DNA of 64,000 bases from assembly GCF_964213995.1 (NCBI RefSeq), contig NW_027590120.1, positions 1,550,001 to 1,614,000 on the forward strand, written 5' to 3'. Made by a program: the position numbers and the translations under genes. This document shows positions 1 to 11,621 of this stretch, piece by piece; position 1 is the first letter of the stretch; every line of letters begins with the position of its first letter. A model generated the notes under the pieces. It ran no database searches, was not told the DNA's origin, and worked only from the letters and a program-made list of their open reading frames with translations. The DNA is from Mustelus asterias (Eukaryota).

Positions 1-395
1 AATCAAGGCATTTCTGACCCTGATACAATTGGATCTCATGACCCACACACAACCCAACTGTCTGCATAAAGGTTAAAACAGGCTCTCGAGAGCAGAGGTT
101 TTGAAGTGGCTTCAGCCCAACACCCACACTCTGGCTCACATCAGTTAGCCGTTCAGAGAAGTCTGCCACCACCAGCTACAGAGACTAGCACTCTGCATCA
201 TCCGTCCATTTGTCTTCTGGGACCGGTAAACCATTCTCACCTATCATGGGAGTGTTCTTCCTGTTAATTTAACTTCCATGTCAAGGGAATAGTTATGATG
301 ATGGATTTAGATGTGGACAGATGGGAGGAGACTCTCATGGAGCAGAAACACCAGCAGGAACTGGATGGGCTGAATGGCCTGTTTCTGTGTTGTGT

Positions 396-780
396 TAGAA
401 ACTAGAAGCAGGAATAGGACATTTGGCCCTTTGAGCCTGCTCCGCCATTCATCTTGATCATCGAATTCAATATCCTGATTCCCCCCCTTCCTCCCATATT
501 CCTCGATCGCTTTAGCCCCAAGAGCTATATCTAATTTCATCTTGAAATCAGACAACATTTTGGCCTCAACTACTTTCTGTGGTAGTGAATTCCGCACATT
601 CACCACCCTCTGGGTGAAGAAATTGCTCCTCACCTCAGTTCTAAAAGGTTTACCCCCTTATCTTCAAACTATGACCCCTAGTTCTGGATGCCCTCACCAT
701 TGGGAACATTCTTTCTGAATCTACCCTGTCTCATCCTGTTAGAATTTTATAAGTGTCTATGAGATCCCCTCTCACTATAC
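396..780 (-). mobile_element. CR1-type LINE 3' end fragment
   Basis: ORF 307..633(-) contains NFFTQRVVNVRNSLPQKVVEA, the CR1 ORF2 C-terminal motif (FFTQRVVxxWNxLP). Confidence 0.8.
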
Positions 781-1548
781 TTAAACTCCTGAAGGGTCTG
801 GTTTGAACTGTTAGACTATACCACCTTTTCCAAAACTTCCTGACCAGAGAGAATAACTTCTGTTTACCCTCTGTTCCCCTTAATGTGCTTGAATCTGCTG
901 TTACTGTCACTGCTAGTCACACCTAAACTGAACCACGTTCATTCTGTTTCTCTGTCCTGAAATGGTCAAACTGTGGAGTCAAGTTGAACTTCAAGATCTT
1001 GTTTCTCATGAATAGAATTGGGCTGGGATATTTCGGGATGTTGTAGAGACATTGATCGAATAATGGAATTGTAAAATGACCACAGCTCATTAGAAAGCCA
1101 TTCGATCCATCGCTCCTGTGCCAGCTTTTATCAAAGATCAACACGGTTAGTAACAATATTCTTCTGTTTCTAAATAATCCCGAGTTTTCTCCCTTTCACG
1201 CCATTGTCCAATTCCATTTTGAAAAATGAGTTAAGAAAAAAAATATTGAAATAGGAACAGGAGTTTCTGCAGTTTCCACGCACAGTGCTTGAAAATTAAG
1301 TTTCCCTGACCCAATGATATGCAGAGTTGGATTTGACATTTCATATCTTTTCAAGTTAAATATACATATGTTATTTATTTCAAAGGAATATTTAAAAGAT
1401 GATTATCCTGATCTATAAAGTCCTCATTTTTTCCAGTTAATATATAATCTAACTCCCCTCACTGTACAACCTGGTACAGAGACGGGTCTCTACCACAGTC
1501 GCCACTTTATGTTCAATTATGGGCGACAGATTATTTGCAATAAATTGT

Positions 1549-1990
1549 AAATTAATTCAGATGAGGGGGTTGTCTAATGGAAAGGGGCTGAGTAAATGAG
1601 CCTGAAAGTCTCTGGAGTTCAGAAGAATGAGAGGCGATCTCATTGAAACCTAAACAATTCTCAGCGCGGTTGATAGGGGGGGACAGTGAGATTGTTTCTA
1701 TTGGTCAGGGAATCCAAACCACAGGGGCACAGTCCCTAGATAAGGGGCTGATCATTTAGGACTGTGATAAGGCAAAATTCCTTCACTCAAAGGTTGTGAA
1801 TCTTTGGAATTCTCTATACCAGACAGTTATGGATGTTCCATCATTGAACACATTTCAGGCGGGGATAGACAGGTTTCTCAGCTCTTGGGGAATTCAGGAT
1901 ATGAGGAGTTGGTGGGAAAATGGAGTTGAAGCTCAAGGGTCGCCATAATGGTATTGAATAGGGTAGCAGGCTCGATGGGGCAACAGTTTC
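1549..1990 (+). mobile_element. Degenerate CR1 LINE 3' fragment
   Basis: ctctggagttcagaagaatgagaggcgatctcattgaaac (SLEFRRMRGDLIE) and cttcactcaaaggttgtgaatctttggaattctcta match the CR1 ORF2 C-terminus; many lesions. Confidence 0.7.
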
Positions 1991-2734
1991 ACTCCTTTTT
2001 CTATTTATTGTGTTCATGTGTATGATGAAGTCAATAATTCATGTTACAATAAAAACAGTGTTGGAAGTTCTCAGCAGTTCTGGCAACAAATGTGATGCAT
2101 GAAACATAGTTAACTTTTCAACTCTAATATGATTCTTGTGGATTACAATATTTTGCACAACATCGAGTCGGGAAACTGAACCCAGGTGGAGAAAACACTG
2201 AACCCAAGCAACTGGCATATTTAATCTGTAACTTGTTCAATAAATTTACCTGCCAACTGAAAGGCTGGAGGTTCGAGATCACCTCGGGCCAAGTAGAGAC
2301 CCTCTATTCCTGCTTCTACTTATATTCCTGACATAGTTCTGTTTTGTATCCTTTTGCTATAATGAAATACTGTTCAAACTTTGCCAGCCCGGTTGTTATT
2401 CAGTAAGTTGCCACACAGAGATTTTGGATTGAACATGTTTTGCTGTGAATGCAGTGCATTCTTATTGATAAGTCATGGAATAAGTCAATGTCCCGTTTAT
2501 GCTGAGAAAATCCCTTGTTTACTCTATCTGTTGAAACTCCAGTAAGTTCACATCTAACTGTAGGTGTTTGTTCTGTGTTAATAACAGCTGGAACAGAATT
2601 ATGGTGGAGTTCCTCTGCACCTTCCTTTCTGTATCAATTCATTTAGCATATTTGTAAATAGGCTCCATGGCTCAGATTATAATAGGATCATGTATAATAA
2701 TATTGGATGGAACATGTTTTCCTGTGAATGTTTG

Positions 2735-3025
2735 GGGTGGCACAGTGGTTAGCACTGCTGCCTCACTGCGCCAGAGGCTCGGGTTCAATTCCGGCCTCGA
2801 GTCAGTGTCTGTGTGGCGTTTGCACATCCTCCCCGTTTCTGCGTGGGTGCTCCGGTTTCCTCCTACACTCCAAAGATGCGTGTGTTAGGTTCGACTGGCC
2901 ATGCTAAATTGACCCCAGTGTCAGGGGGACTAGCAGGGTAAATATGAGGGAATAGGATCTGGGTGGGATTATGGTCTGTGCAGATTCGATGGGCTGAATG
3001 GCCCCCTTCTGCACTGTAGGGTTTC
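2735..3025 (+). mobile_element. tRNA-derived shark SINE (HE1/V-SINE type)
   Basis: A-box-like ggtggcacagtggttagcactgctgcctcac, B-box-like gggttcaattcc, core tgcacatcctccccgtttctgcgtggg...ggccatgctaaattg, and CR1-like tail gatgggctgaatggcc. Confidence 0.85.
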
Positions 3026-3447
3026 GATGAATCTATGAGGCGCTTCCCCAGAATCTGCGAGAAAGAGAAGCTGCACGAAAAACTCTCATATGCGCAAAAG
3101 TGAGTTACCAATGGAGCATGCATGGTGTGTGCACTCCAGATACCACATGACAGTTATCCTGGCTTCAACATTGGAGAGAAACTGGATGGTAAAAGAGGCA
3201 ACGGAGTGGATAGAGAAGCTTCATGAACACCCAGTGGAGGGTCTGAAACTCTGATAAGCATCTACGATATAAAATCTAAACTCTGCTTTTCTCTCCACGG
3301 ACACTGTAAAATCTGCCAAGCAACTCCAACATTTCTGTTTTAATTTCACATAATGTGGAGATGCCGGCGTTGGACTGGGGTAAACACAGTAAGAAGTTTA
3401 ACAACACCAGGTTAAAGTCCAACAGGTTTATTTGGTAGCAAAAGCCA

Positions 3448-3484
3448 CACAAGCTTTCGAAGCTCTAAGCCCCTTCTTCAGGTG
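3448..3484 (-). ncRNA. Minimal type I hammerhead ribozyme motif (Penelope arm)
   Basis: Minus strand reads cac-CUGAAGA-aggggc uuaga gcuuc-GAAA-gcuu-gug: conserved core, stem II hairpin, palindromic AAGCUU stem III, stem I cac/gug. Confidence 0.75.
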
Positions 3485-4528
3485 AGTGGGAATTCTGTTC
3501 ACAAACAGAACTTATAAAGACACAGACTCAATTTACATGAATAATGGTTGGAATGCGAATACTTACAACTAATCCAGTCTTTAAGAAACAAAACAATGGG
3601 AGTGGAGAGAGCATCAAGACAGGCTAAAAAGATGTGTATTGTCTCCAGACAAGACAGCCAGTGAAACTCTGCAGGTCCACGCAACTGTGGGAGTTACAAA
3701 TAGTGTGACATGAACCCAATATCCCGGTTGAGGCCGTCCTTGTGTGTGCAGAACTTGGCTATCAGTTTCTGCTCAGCGACTCTGCGCTGTCGTGTGTCGC
3801 GAAGGCCGCCTTGGAGAACGCTTACCCGAATATCAGAGGCCGAATGCCCGTGACCGCTGAAGTGCTCCCCAACAGGAAGAGAACAGTCTTGCCTGGTGAT
3901 TGTCGAGCGGTGTTCATTCATCCGTTGTTGCAGCGTCTGCATAGTTTTCATCCGTTGTCGCAGCGTCCATCCACCAGGTACACGGTACATACTCTTGCAA
4001 CTCGGCCAACGTTGTCTACCTGATACGCTGCAAGAAAGGATGTCCCGAGGCATGGTACATTGGGGAACCTATGCAGACGCTGCAACAACGGATGAATGAA
4101 CACCGCTCGACAATCACCAGGCAAGACTGTTCTCTTCCTGTTGGGGAGCACTTCAGCGGTCACGGGCATTCGGCCTCTGATATTCGGGTAAGCGTTCTCC
4201 AAGGCGGCCTTCGCGACACACGACAGCGCAGAGTCGCTGAGCAGAAACTGATAGCCAAGTTCTGCACACACAAGGACGGCCTCAACCGGGATATTGGGTT
4301 CATGTCACACTATTTGTAACTCCCACAGTTGCGTGGACCTGCAGAGTTTCACTGGCTGTCTTGTCTGGAGACAATACACATCTTTTTAGCCTGTCTTGAT
4401 GCTCTCTCCACTCCCATTGTTTTGTTTCTTAAAGACTGGATTAGTTGTAAGTATTCGCATTCCAACCATTATTCATGTAAATTGAGTCTGTGTCTTTATA
4501 AGTTCTGTTTGTGAACAGAATTCCCACT

Positions 4529-4565
4529 CACCTGAAGAAGGGGCTTAGAGCTTCGAAAGCTTGTG
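4529..4565 (+). ncRNA. Minimal type I hammerhead ribozyme motif (Penelope arm)
   Basis: cacCTGAAGAaggggcttagagcttcGAAAgcttgtg, the mirror copy of 3448-3484. Confidence 0.75.
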
Positions 4566-5270
4566 TGGCTTTTGCTACCAAATAACCCTGTTGGACGTTA
4601 ACCTGCTGTTGTTAAACTTCTTACTTAATTTCACATATACAGCATCAACAGTATTTTGCTTTTATTTACCTGGAGAGAGTTGAGAATGTGGAACTGATTA
4701 CCAGGAGGGTCTGAGATTCCATGAGCAAGTCTCAGCTGAAAACACAATTCATTGCTGAAAGCGCAAAAGGATTCACTGGGTTACCCAAATCACTGACACA
4801 ACAGGCGAATCACACGAGAGAAAGACAATTCAGATACTCCACTTGTGCAAAGCCAGTTCCTCAGTTTCCCAGGATCTAAAACACAATTTACGAAAGGTTC
4901 AAGGGATTTGATTCACAATTAACTCATTCCAAATGGAAGATGTGGTTTAAATTTTTGGTATAGGGGGCATAATTTGTTCACTTACTCCTGCAACTGCAGT
5001 AAATTCACATCTAACTGTAAGTACAGAAACAGAAAATGCTGAATGACCTCAAAACGTTGGCTCTATTCGCTCTCCACAGATGCTGTGAGATGTGCAGAGA
5101 AGTTCCAGCATTTTCTGCTTTTGTTTCCGATTTCAGCATCTGCAATATTTTACCTTCATCTAACTGAAGGTGTTTGTTCAGCTCTTAATTACATCCAGGA
5201 TGTAACTGGTGGAGGGATTTTATGCATTCGTCCCATAGCTCAGATTATAAAAAGATCATATATCTGAATG

Positions 5271-7805
5271 GATTTGATTTATCATTGTCACATGTATTAA
5301 AATAGTGAAAAGTATTGGTTGTTGCGCGCTATACAGACAAAGCATACTGTTCATAGAGAAGGAAACGAGAGAGTGCAGAATGTAGTGTTACAGTCATAGC
5401 GAGGGTGTAGAGAAAGATCAACTTAATGCAAGTTAAGTCCATTCAAAAGGCTGACAGTAGCAGGGAAGAAGCTGTTCTCGAGTTGGTTGGTACGTGACCT
5501 CAGACTTTGGTATCTTTTTCCCGAAGAAAGAAGGTGCAAGAGAGAATGTCGGGAGTGTGTGGGTCCTTAATAATGCTGGCTGCTTTGCCGAGGCAATGGG
5601 AAGTTAGACAGAGTCAATGGATGGGAGGCTGGTTTGCGTGATGGATTGGGCTATGTTCATGACCTTTTGTAGTTTCTTGCGGTCTTGGTCAAAGCAGGAG
5701 CCATACCAAGCTGTGATGCAACCAGAAAGAATGCTTTCTATAGTGCATCTAAAAAGTTAGTGAGAGTCGTATCTGACATGCCAAATTTCTTTAATCTAAT
5801 GAGAAAGTAGAGGCGTTGGTGGGCTTTCTTATCTATAGTTTCGGCATAGGGGGACCAGGACGGTTGTTGGTGATCTGGATAACTAAAAACTTGAAGCTCT
5901 CGATCCTTTCTACTTCGCCCCTGTTGATGTAGACAGGGGCATGTTCTCCTTTATGCTTCCTGAAGTCGATGACAATCTCCTTTGTTTTGTTCACATTGAG
6001 GGAGAGATTTTTGTTGCCGCACCAGTTCACCAGATTCTCTACCTCATTCCTGTACTCTGTCTCCTCATTGTTTGAAATCCGAACCACGATAGTGGTGTCA
6101 TCAGCAAACTTGAAAATCGAATTGGAATGGAATTTGGCTGCACAGTCATAGGTGTTTAAGGAGTATAGTAGGGGGCTGAGAATACAATCTTGTGGGGCAC
6201 TGGTGTTGAGGATGACCATGGAGGAGATGTTGCTGCCTATCCTTACTGATTGTGGTCTGTGAGTTAGGAAGTGAGCCACGGAATTTGGAGATGAATTTCG
6301 TGGGAATAATAGTATTGAAGGTTAATCTGTAGTCAATAAATAGGAGTCTGACATAGGTGTCCTGGTTGTCGAGGTGTTCCAGGGTTGAGTGCAGGGCCAG
6401 AGAAATGGTGTCTGCTGTGGACCTGTTGTGGCGGTAGGTAAACTGTAGTGGATCCAGGCAGTCCGGGAGGCTGGAATTGATTCGTGCCGTGACTAACCTT
6501 TCGAAGGACTTCATAATGATGGATGTCAGAGCCACTGGCTGATAGTCATAAAGGCACGCTGCTTGGTTGTTCTTAGGTACCAGGATAATGGTTGCCTTCT
6601 TGAAGTAGATAGGGACCTCAGATTGTTGTAAAGAGAGGTTGAAGATGTCTGTGAATACCTCCGCCAGCTGATCCGTGCAGGATCTGAGTGCATGTCCGGG
6701 TACCCATCTGGACCAGTCGCTTTCTGTGGGTTGACCTTCTGGAAAGCTGCTCTGACATCTGCAACTGTGACCCCAGATACAGGTTCATCCAGGGCTTCCA
6801 GGGTGGAGGGCATGCTCTCGCTGACCTCTTGCTCAAAACAGGCATAGAATGCATTGAGCTCATCAGGGAAGGATGCGTTGGAGCTGGCGATTTCACATAC
6901 CTTCATCTTGTATCCTGTTATGTCTTGCAGACCTTGCCATAGACGGCAGAAGTCTGTGTGGCGAGCCTGGGACTCTAGCTTGGTCCGGAGAAGTGTGAGG
7001 TAATTCACTTTGGTAGGAATAACAGATGTGTTGAGTATAGGGCTAACGGGAGGACTTTGAATAGTGTGGAGGAGCAGAGGGATCTAGGTGTATGTGTGCA
7101 TAGATCCCTGAAAGTTGGGAATCAAGTAGATAAGGTTGTTAAGAAGGCATATGGTGTCTTGGCGTTTATTGGTAGGGGGATTGAATTTAGGAGTCGTAGC
7201 GTTATGTTGCAACTGTACACAACTCTGGTGCGGCCGCACTTGGAGTACTGTGTGCAGTTCTGGTCCCCACATTACAGGAAGGATGTGGAGGCTTTGGAGA
7301 GGGTGCAGAGGAGGTTTACCAGGATGTTGCCTGGTATGGAGGGGAGATCCTATGAGGAGAGGCTGAGGGATTTGGGATTGTTTTCGCTGGAAAGGCGGCG
7401 GCTAAGAGGGGATCTTATTGAAACATATAAGATGATTAGAGGTTTAGATAGGGTGGATAGTGATAGCCTTTTTCCTCTGATGGAGAAATCCAGCACGAGG
7501 GGGCATGGCTTTAAATTGAGGGGGGGTAGTTATAGAACCGATGTCAGGGGTAGGTTCTTTACCCAGAGGGTGGTGAGGGATTGGAATGCCCTGCCAGCAT
7601 CAGTAGTAAATGCGCCTAGTTTGGGGGCGTTTAAGAGATCCGTAGATAGGTTCATGGACGAAAAGAAATTGGTTTAGGTTGGAGGGTCACAGTTTTTTTT
7701 TTTAACTGGTCGGTGCAACATCGTGGGCCGAAGGGCCTGTTCTGCGCTGTAATGTTCTATGTTCTATGTTCTATCTTTTTGCATGTTTGATGGATCTCCT
7801 TAGAT
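5271..7805 (-). mobile_element. Rex1/Babar-type non-LTR retrotransposon, degenerate RT, interrupted by CR1 at ~6990-7774
   Basis: Frameshifted ORFs with ALTSIIMKSFERLV, LDPLQFTYRHNRST, DTYVRLLFIDY, PQDCILSPLLYSL and KFADD. The 3' tail (tgacaatgataaatcaaatc on -) is at ~5271. The minus frame resumes as LRRSIKHAK at 7775-7805. Confidence 0.75.
6990..7774 (+). mobile_element. Young CR1 LINE 3' end nested in Rex1 element
   Basis: Open ORF 7057..7677 (RPHLEYCVQFWSP, RGDLIE, FFTQRVV..WNALP) followed by a (gttctat)n tail. Confidence 0.9.
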
Positions 7806-7949
7806 ATTACACACATCATTGCGGCGATATAGTGGCACAGTGGTGAGTCCCTGTGGCTTCTCCCCATTGGCTAAACTCAAGAAACTGTTTGTCGACTGAA
7901 TCAGGCTTGAATGTTGAATGATTCTTCTGAGTTCATTCCCACCCACACA

Positions 7950-9010
7950 CTGGGTACATTACCACTTCATCCTTGGGAGTGGCCTGATAGGCCGTTGGGG
8001 GACCTTTCATGAATCACATGTGTTTGGTTGTTGTAGATGTGCATTCAAAATGGTTGGAAGCACAGATCATGAGTAATATTCCAGCTCCTGTGACAACAGA
8101 GAAGCTCTGTCAAATTTTCACAAGCCCTGGGTTACCAGATTGGTTTGTTTCCGATAACGACACTCTGTTTACAAGTGAGGTGTTTCAGGAATTCCTGTAA
8201 AGGAATGGTCTACGCCATGTGCGTACTGCACCGTTTCATCTGGCTACAAATGGTCTCACAGAAAGAGCTGTTCGAACTCTGAAGGAGGGATTGAAGAGAA
8301 TGGCAGGCGATACTTTAAGAACAAGCTCTCAAGATTTTTGTTCCAGTTTCGCATCACACCACAATCCACAACCGGACTCTCTCCTGTGGAATTTTTAGGT
8401 GGAAGGTTGAAATCTCATCTGGATCTGCTTCATCCAGATCTCAGAGCAAAAGTGAGCAGGAGACAAGAGAAGCAGAAGGAGGGACACGACTACCGCGCCA
8501 AAGAGAGGCAGTTCAAACTGGGTGATCAGGTTTACATCAGAAACTTTGGGAGTAACCAAGGGTGGTTACCGGGAATAATTTTAAACCAAAGTGGTCCAGT
8601 ATCTTGGGTGGTGAGACTGTAAAATGGAAGAGTTGTTCGCAGACACCAAGACCATATTCGCTTGCGGTGTGACCCCGAGTCAGGAACAGTTTCAGAGTCA
8701 GCAACCATTACTGAGAACATGGCAGAGGGTCATGCTGCTGTGGATGTTCACCAGGAAATGGTTCCAGCTTTGCCAGTTGACTCTGCTGTGGGAGTGGAAG
8801 AGGAATGTTCATGTACAGATTCTCAAACTACCTCTTCACCTCCCATTCCAGAAACACCATTACAAGATTTACCAGTGGTATTGTACAGGTCGCAATGCAA
8901 CCACAAAGCTCCTGACAGACTTCCGTATTGTTAAAGACATTACTTTGTTGTATTTCTGTCCTGATGGGGGATTGAAATTTAACGGGAGGAGAAGTGTTAC
9001 AGAGTGTTCT
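7950..9010 (+). mobile_element. Ty3/Gypsy-type LTR retrotransposon relic (integrase, PPT, start of 3' LTR)
   Basis: Fragmented frames read LHPWEWPD, GPFMNHMCLVVVDVHSKWLE, SDN..FTS..FQEFL, APFHLATNGLTERAV and VYIRNFG..W.PG.I...GPVS. Polypurine tract gggaggagaag (8984-8994) is immediately followed by TGT. Confidence 0.8.
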
Positions 9011-9289
9011 TCTCAACTTTTCTCCCTTTTGAGCACGTGCGGGGTTTCAGTCTGCAAGTCCAGGCTGGTTCCAATGCTCCTGTTTTTTTTTAACTTTCTT
9101 ATTTATTTATATAAAGAACACTATTACTCGGCTATTAATCTAAACACATTCCAAGCATCCCAGTTTAATAAGATAAACAAGAACAGGAGTCAATCTTAAT
9201 TAATGCACCAATTTCTTTCTTTATTTAACACTTCAGTTACCAACTCAAACTTCAACAGTTGCAATTCATTAATTATTTTACTGAACTAC

Positions 9290-9490
9290 AGCTTCTTCCC
9301 AGCTGCCACCAGACTTTTGAATGGACCTACCTTCTATTAAGTTGATCTTTCTCTACACCCGAGCTATGACTGTAACACTATATTCTGCATCCTCTCCTCT
9401 CTATGAATGGTATGCTCTGTCTGTATAGCGCGCAAGGAACAATACTTTTCACTGTATGCTAATACATGTGACAATAATAAATCAAATACG
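9290..9490 (+). mobile_element. Rex1/Babar-type 3' tail fragment
   Basis: cttcttcccagctgcc...ctatgactgtaacacta...tgacaataataaatcaaat, the same tail as at 5271-5480(-), 20050-20270 and 55417-55824. Confidence 0.7.
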
Positions 9491-10605
9491 ATAGCTCTTA
9501 ACTAAACATCAACTTTACTGAACTTTAACTCTTAACTAATCATTAACTTTAATTATTTAAATGAATATCCCTGATGCAGAATCTATCTTCTCTCTGAAGA
9601 TTCCTTCAGTGCGTACCTCTTACAATGTTAACCTCTATTGTCCCTGACAAACAAAGGACTGCAATGTTCTTTATCTACAAATGCTTCACTTGCTTCTTAA
9701 GATTCCCTGTCATCCAGCCAACTGTGTAAACAGAAACCAATCACATGGTTCAAATAGCCAATGAAATTACTCGTAAACAATGCCATTATGCTTACTTCAG
9801 ATGACATGTCTCTCACATAACGACAATAAAATTCGATGCCAACCATACTTCTCAAAAGTAAGCAACTTCTCTCATTTAGTCAACACAGGAAGCTCCGGCC
9901 ACAGTTTCCAGATCAGAATTCTGACTCCGAGTTACTGTATGACCTGCATTTGGTTTTAATTATAAATTGACCAAAAATCCCAGCGTGTTTACCTCTCAGC
10001 CAGAGAAGCCATTTGGAAGCCACTGTTGTCATTCCTATTGTTGGAATCATTGTAGAAGCCATTCTTTCTCCATCTACACTGGGAAAATCATCAGTTTACC
10101 CATTCCCAGTTGCAAACACAGGACACATCTGCTGTCCTTGTTCCTCTTATCTGTCCTTGCCGAGCAATCTTCACAGCCGCAGCTGTTTCATGCCGAGTAC
10201 ATCTTATCACACACTGCTTACTCAACAGCTGCTTCAGCAACTACAGCTGTTTTCACACTCACTGTGCTTGCGTAAGATTGGCTACTTTTCCCATCATGCC
10301 TTCTGGATGTTCAGCAGTTAGCCATCAGGCTACGTTCTGCATCTATTTTAAATCCAGCTGTATTGGTAAGAAAAGCACTATTTAATATCCAGGAAAAGAT
10401 TAATGTCCTTCATCAGCTTTTGTGCATCAATTTTCAATGGAAATGTGCTCTCCCAGGCTCAAAGAACACCAGCCCACTAGAAGCAAAGTTGTGAGAGCGG
10501 CCAGTCCAGCAGAAATGAACCCTCCGACCCTCCCACTTCACGAATTGTCAGAATGAACATGGTTCAGTCCTGGATGTGATTAACAGCAGAACTCAACCCC
10601 TGTCA

Positions 10606-11463
<858 letters not shown>

Positions 11464-11621
11464 CTGTAAAAAATTTGAGAAAAGTCATTGTCAGCACAGG
11501 ATAGAAATCCAGAACAGACAATTCTAGTTTCGATGGAACATTCTTTCCTCCCTCATTCCCCAAAAGCTGTGAATCTCCATCCCACACATTCTCCCTCCAT
11601 TCTCACTCTGCTGTATCTAAT

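Larger units (their letters stand above)
3353..4624. mobile_element. Penelope-like retroelement, 5'-truncated, with inverted arms; GIY-YIG endonuclease fragment
   Basis: Arms 3388-3944 and 4069-4625 are near-perfect reverse complements (mirrored ORFs 3499..3684-/4329..4514+). The + frame 4011-4319 reads VVYLIRCKKGCPEAWYIGE-P-MQTLQQRMNEHR...LPVGEHF...GLN. 13-bp TSD ttaatttcacata at 3340-3352 and 4625-4637. Confidence 0.88.

Noticed and set aside
2735-2810. tRNA-like sequences here and at other SINE heads
   Set aside because: They are tRNA-derived SINE heads continuing into SINE core, not tRNA genes.
3388-4625. Palindrome as an assembly fold-back artefact
   Set aside because: A flanking TSD, an asymmetric spacer, arm mismatches and two other elements of the same design argue that it is biological.
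9490-10440. Possible LTR or internal retroelement sequence and three overlapping ~100-aa ORFs
   Set aside because: No recognisable motif or matching second LTR in the window.
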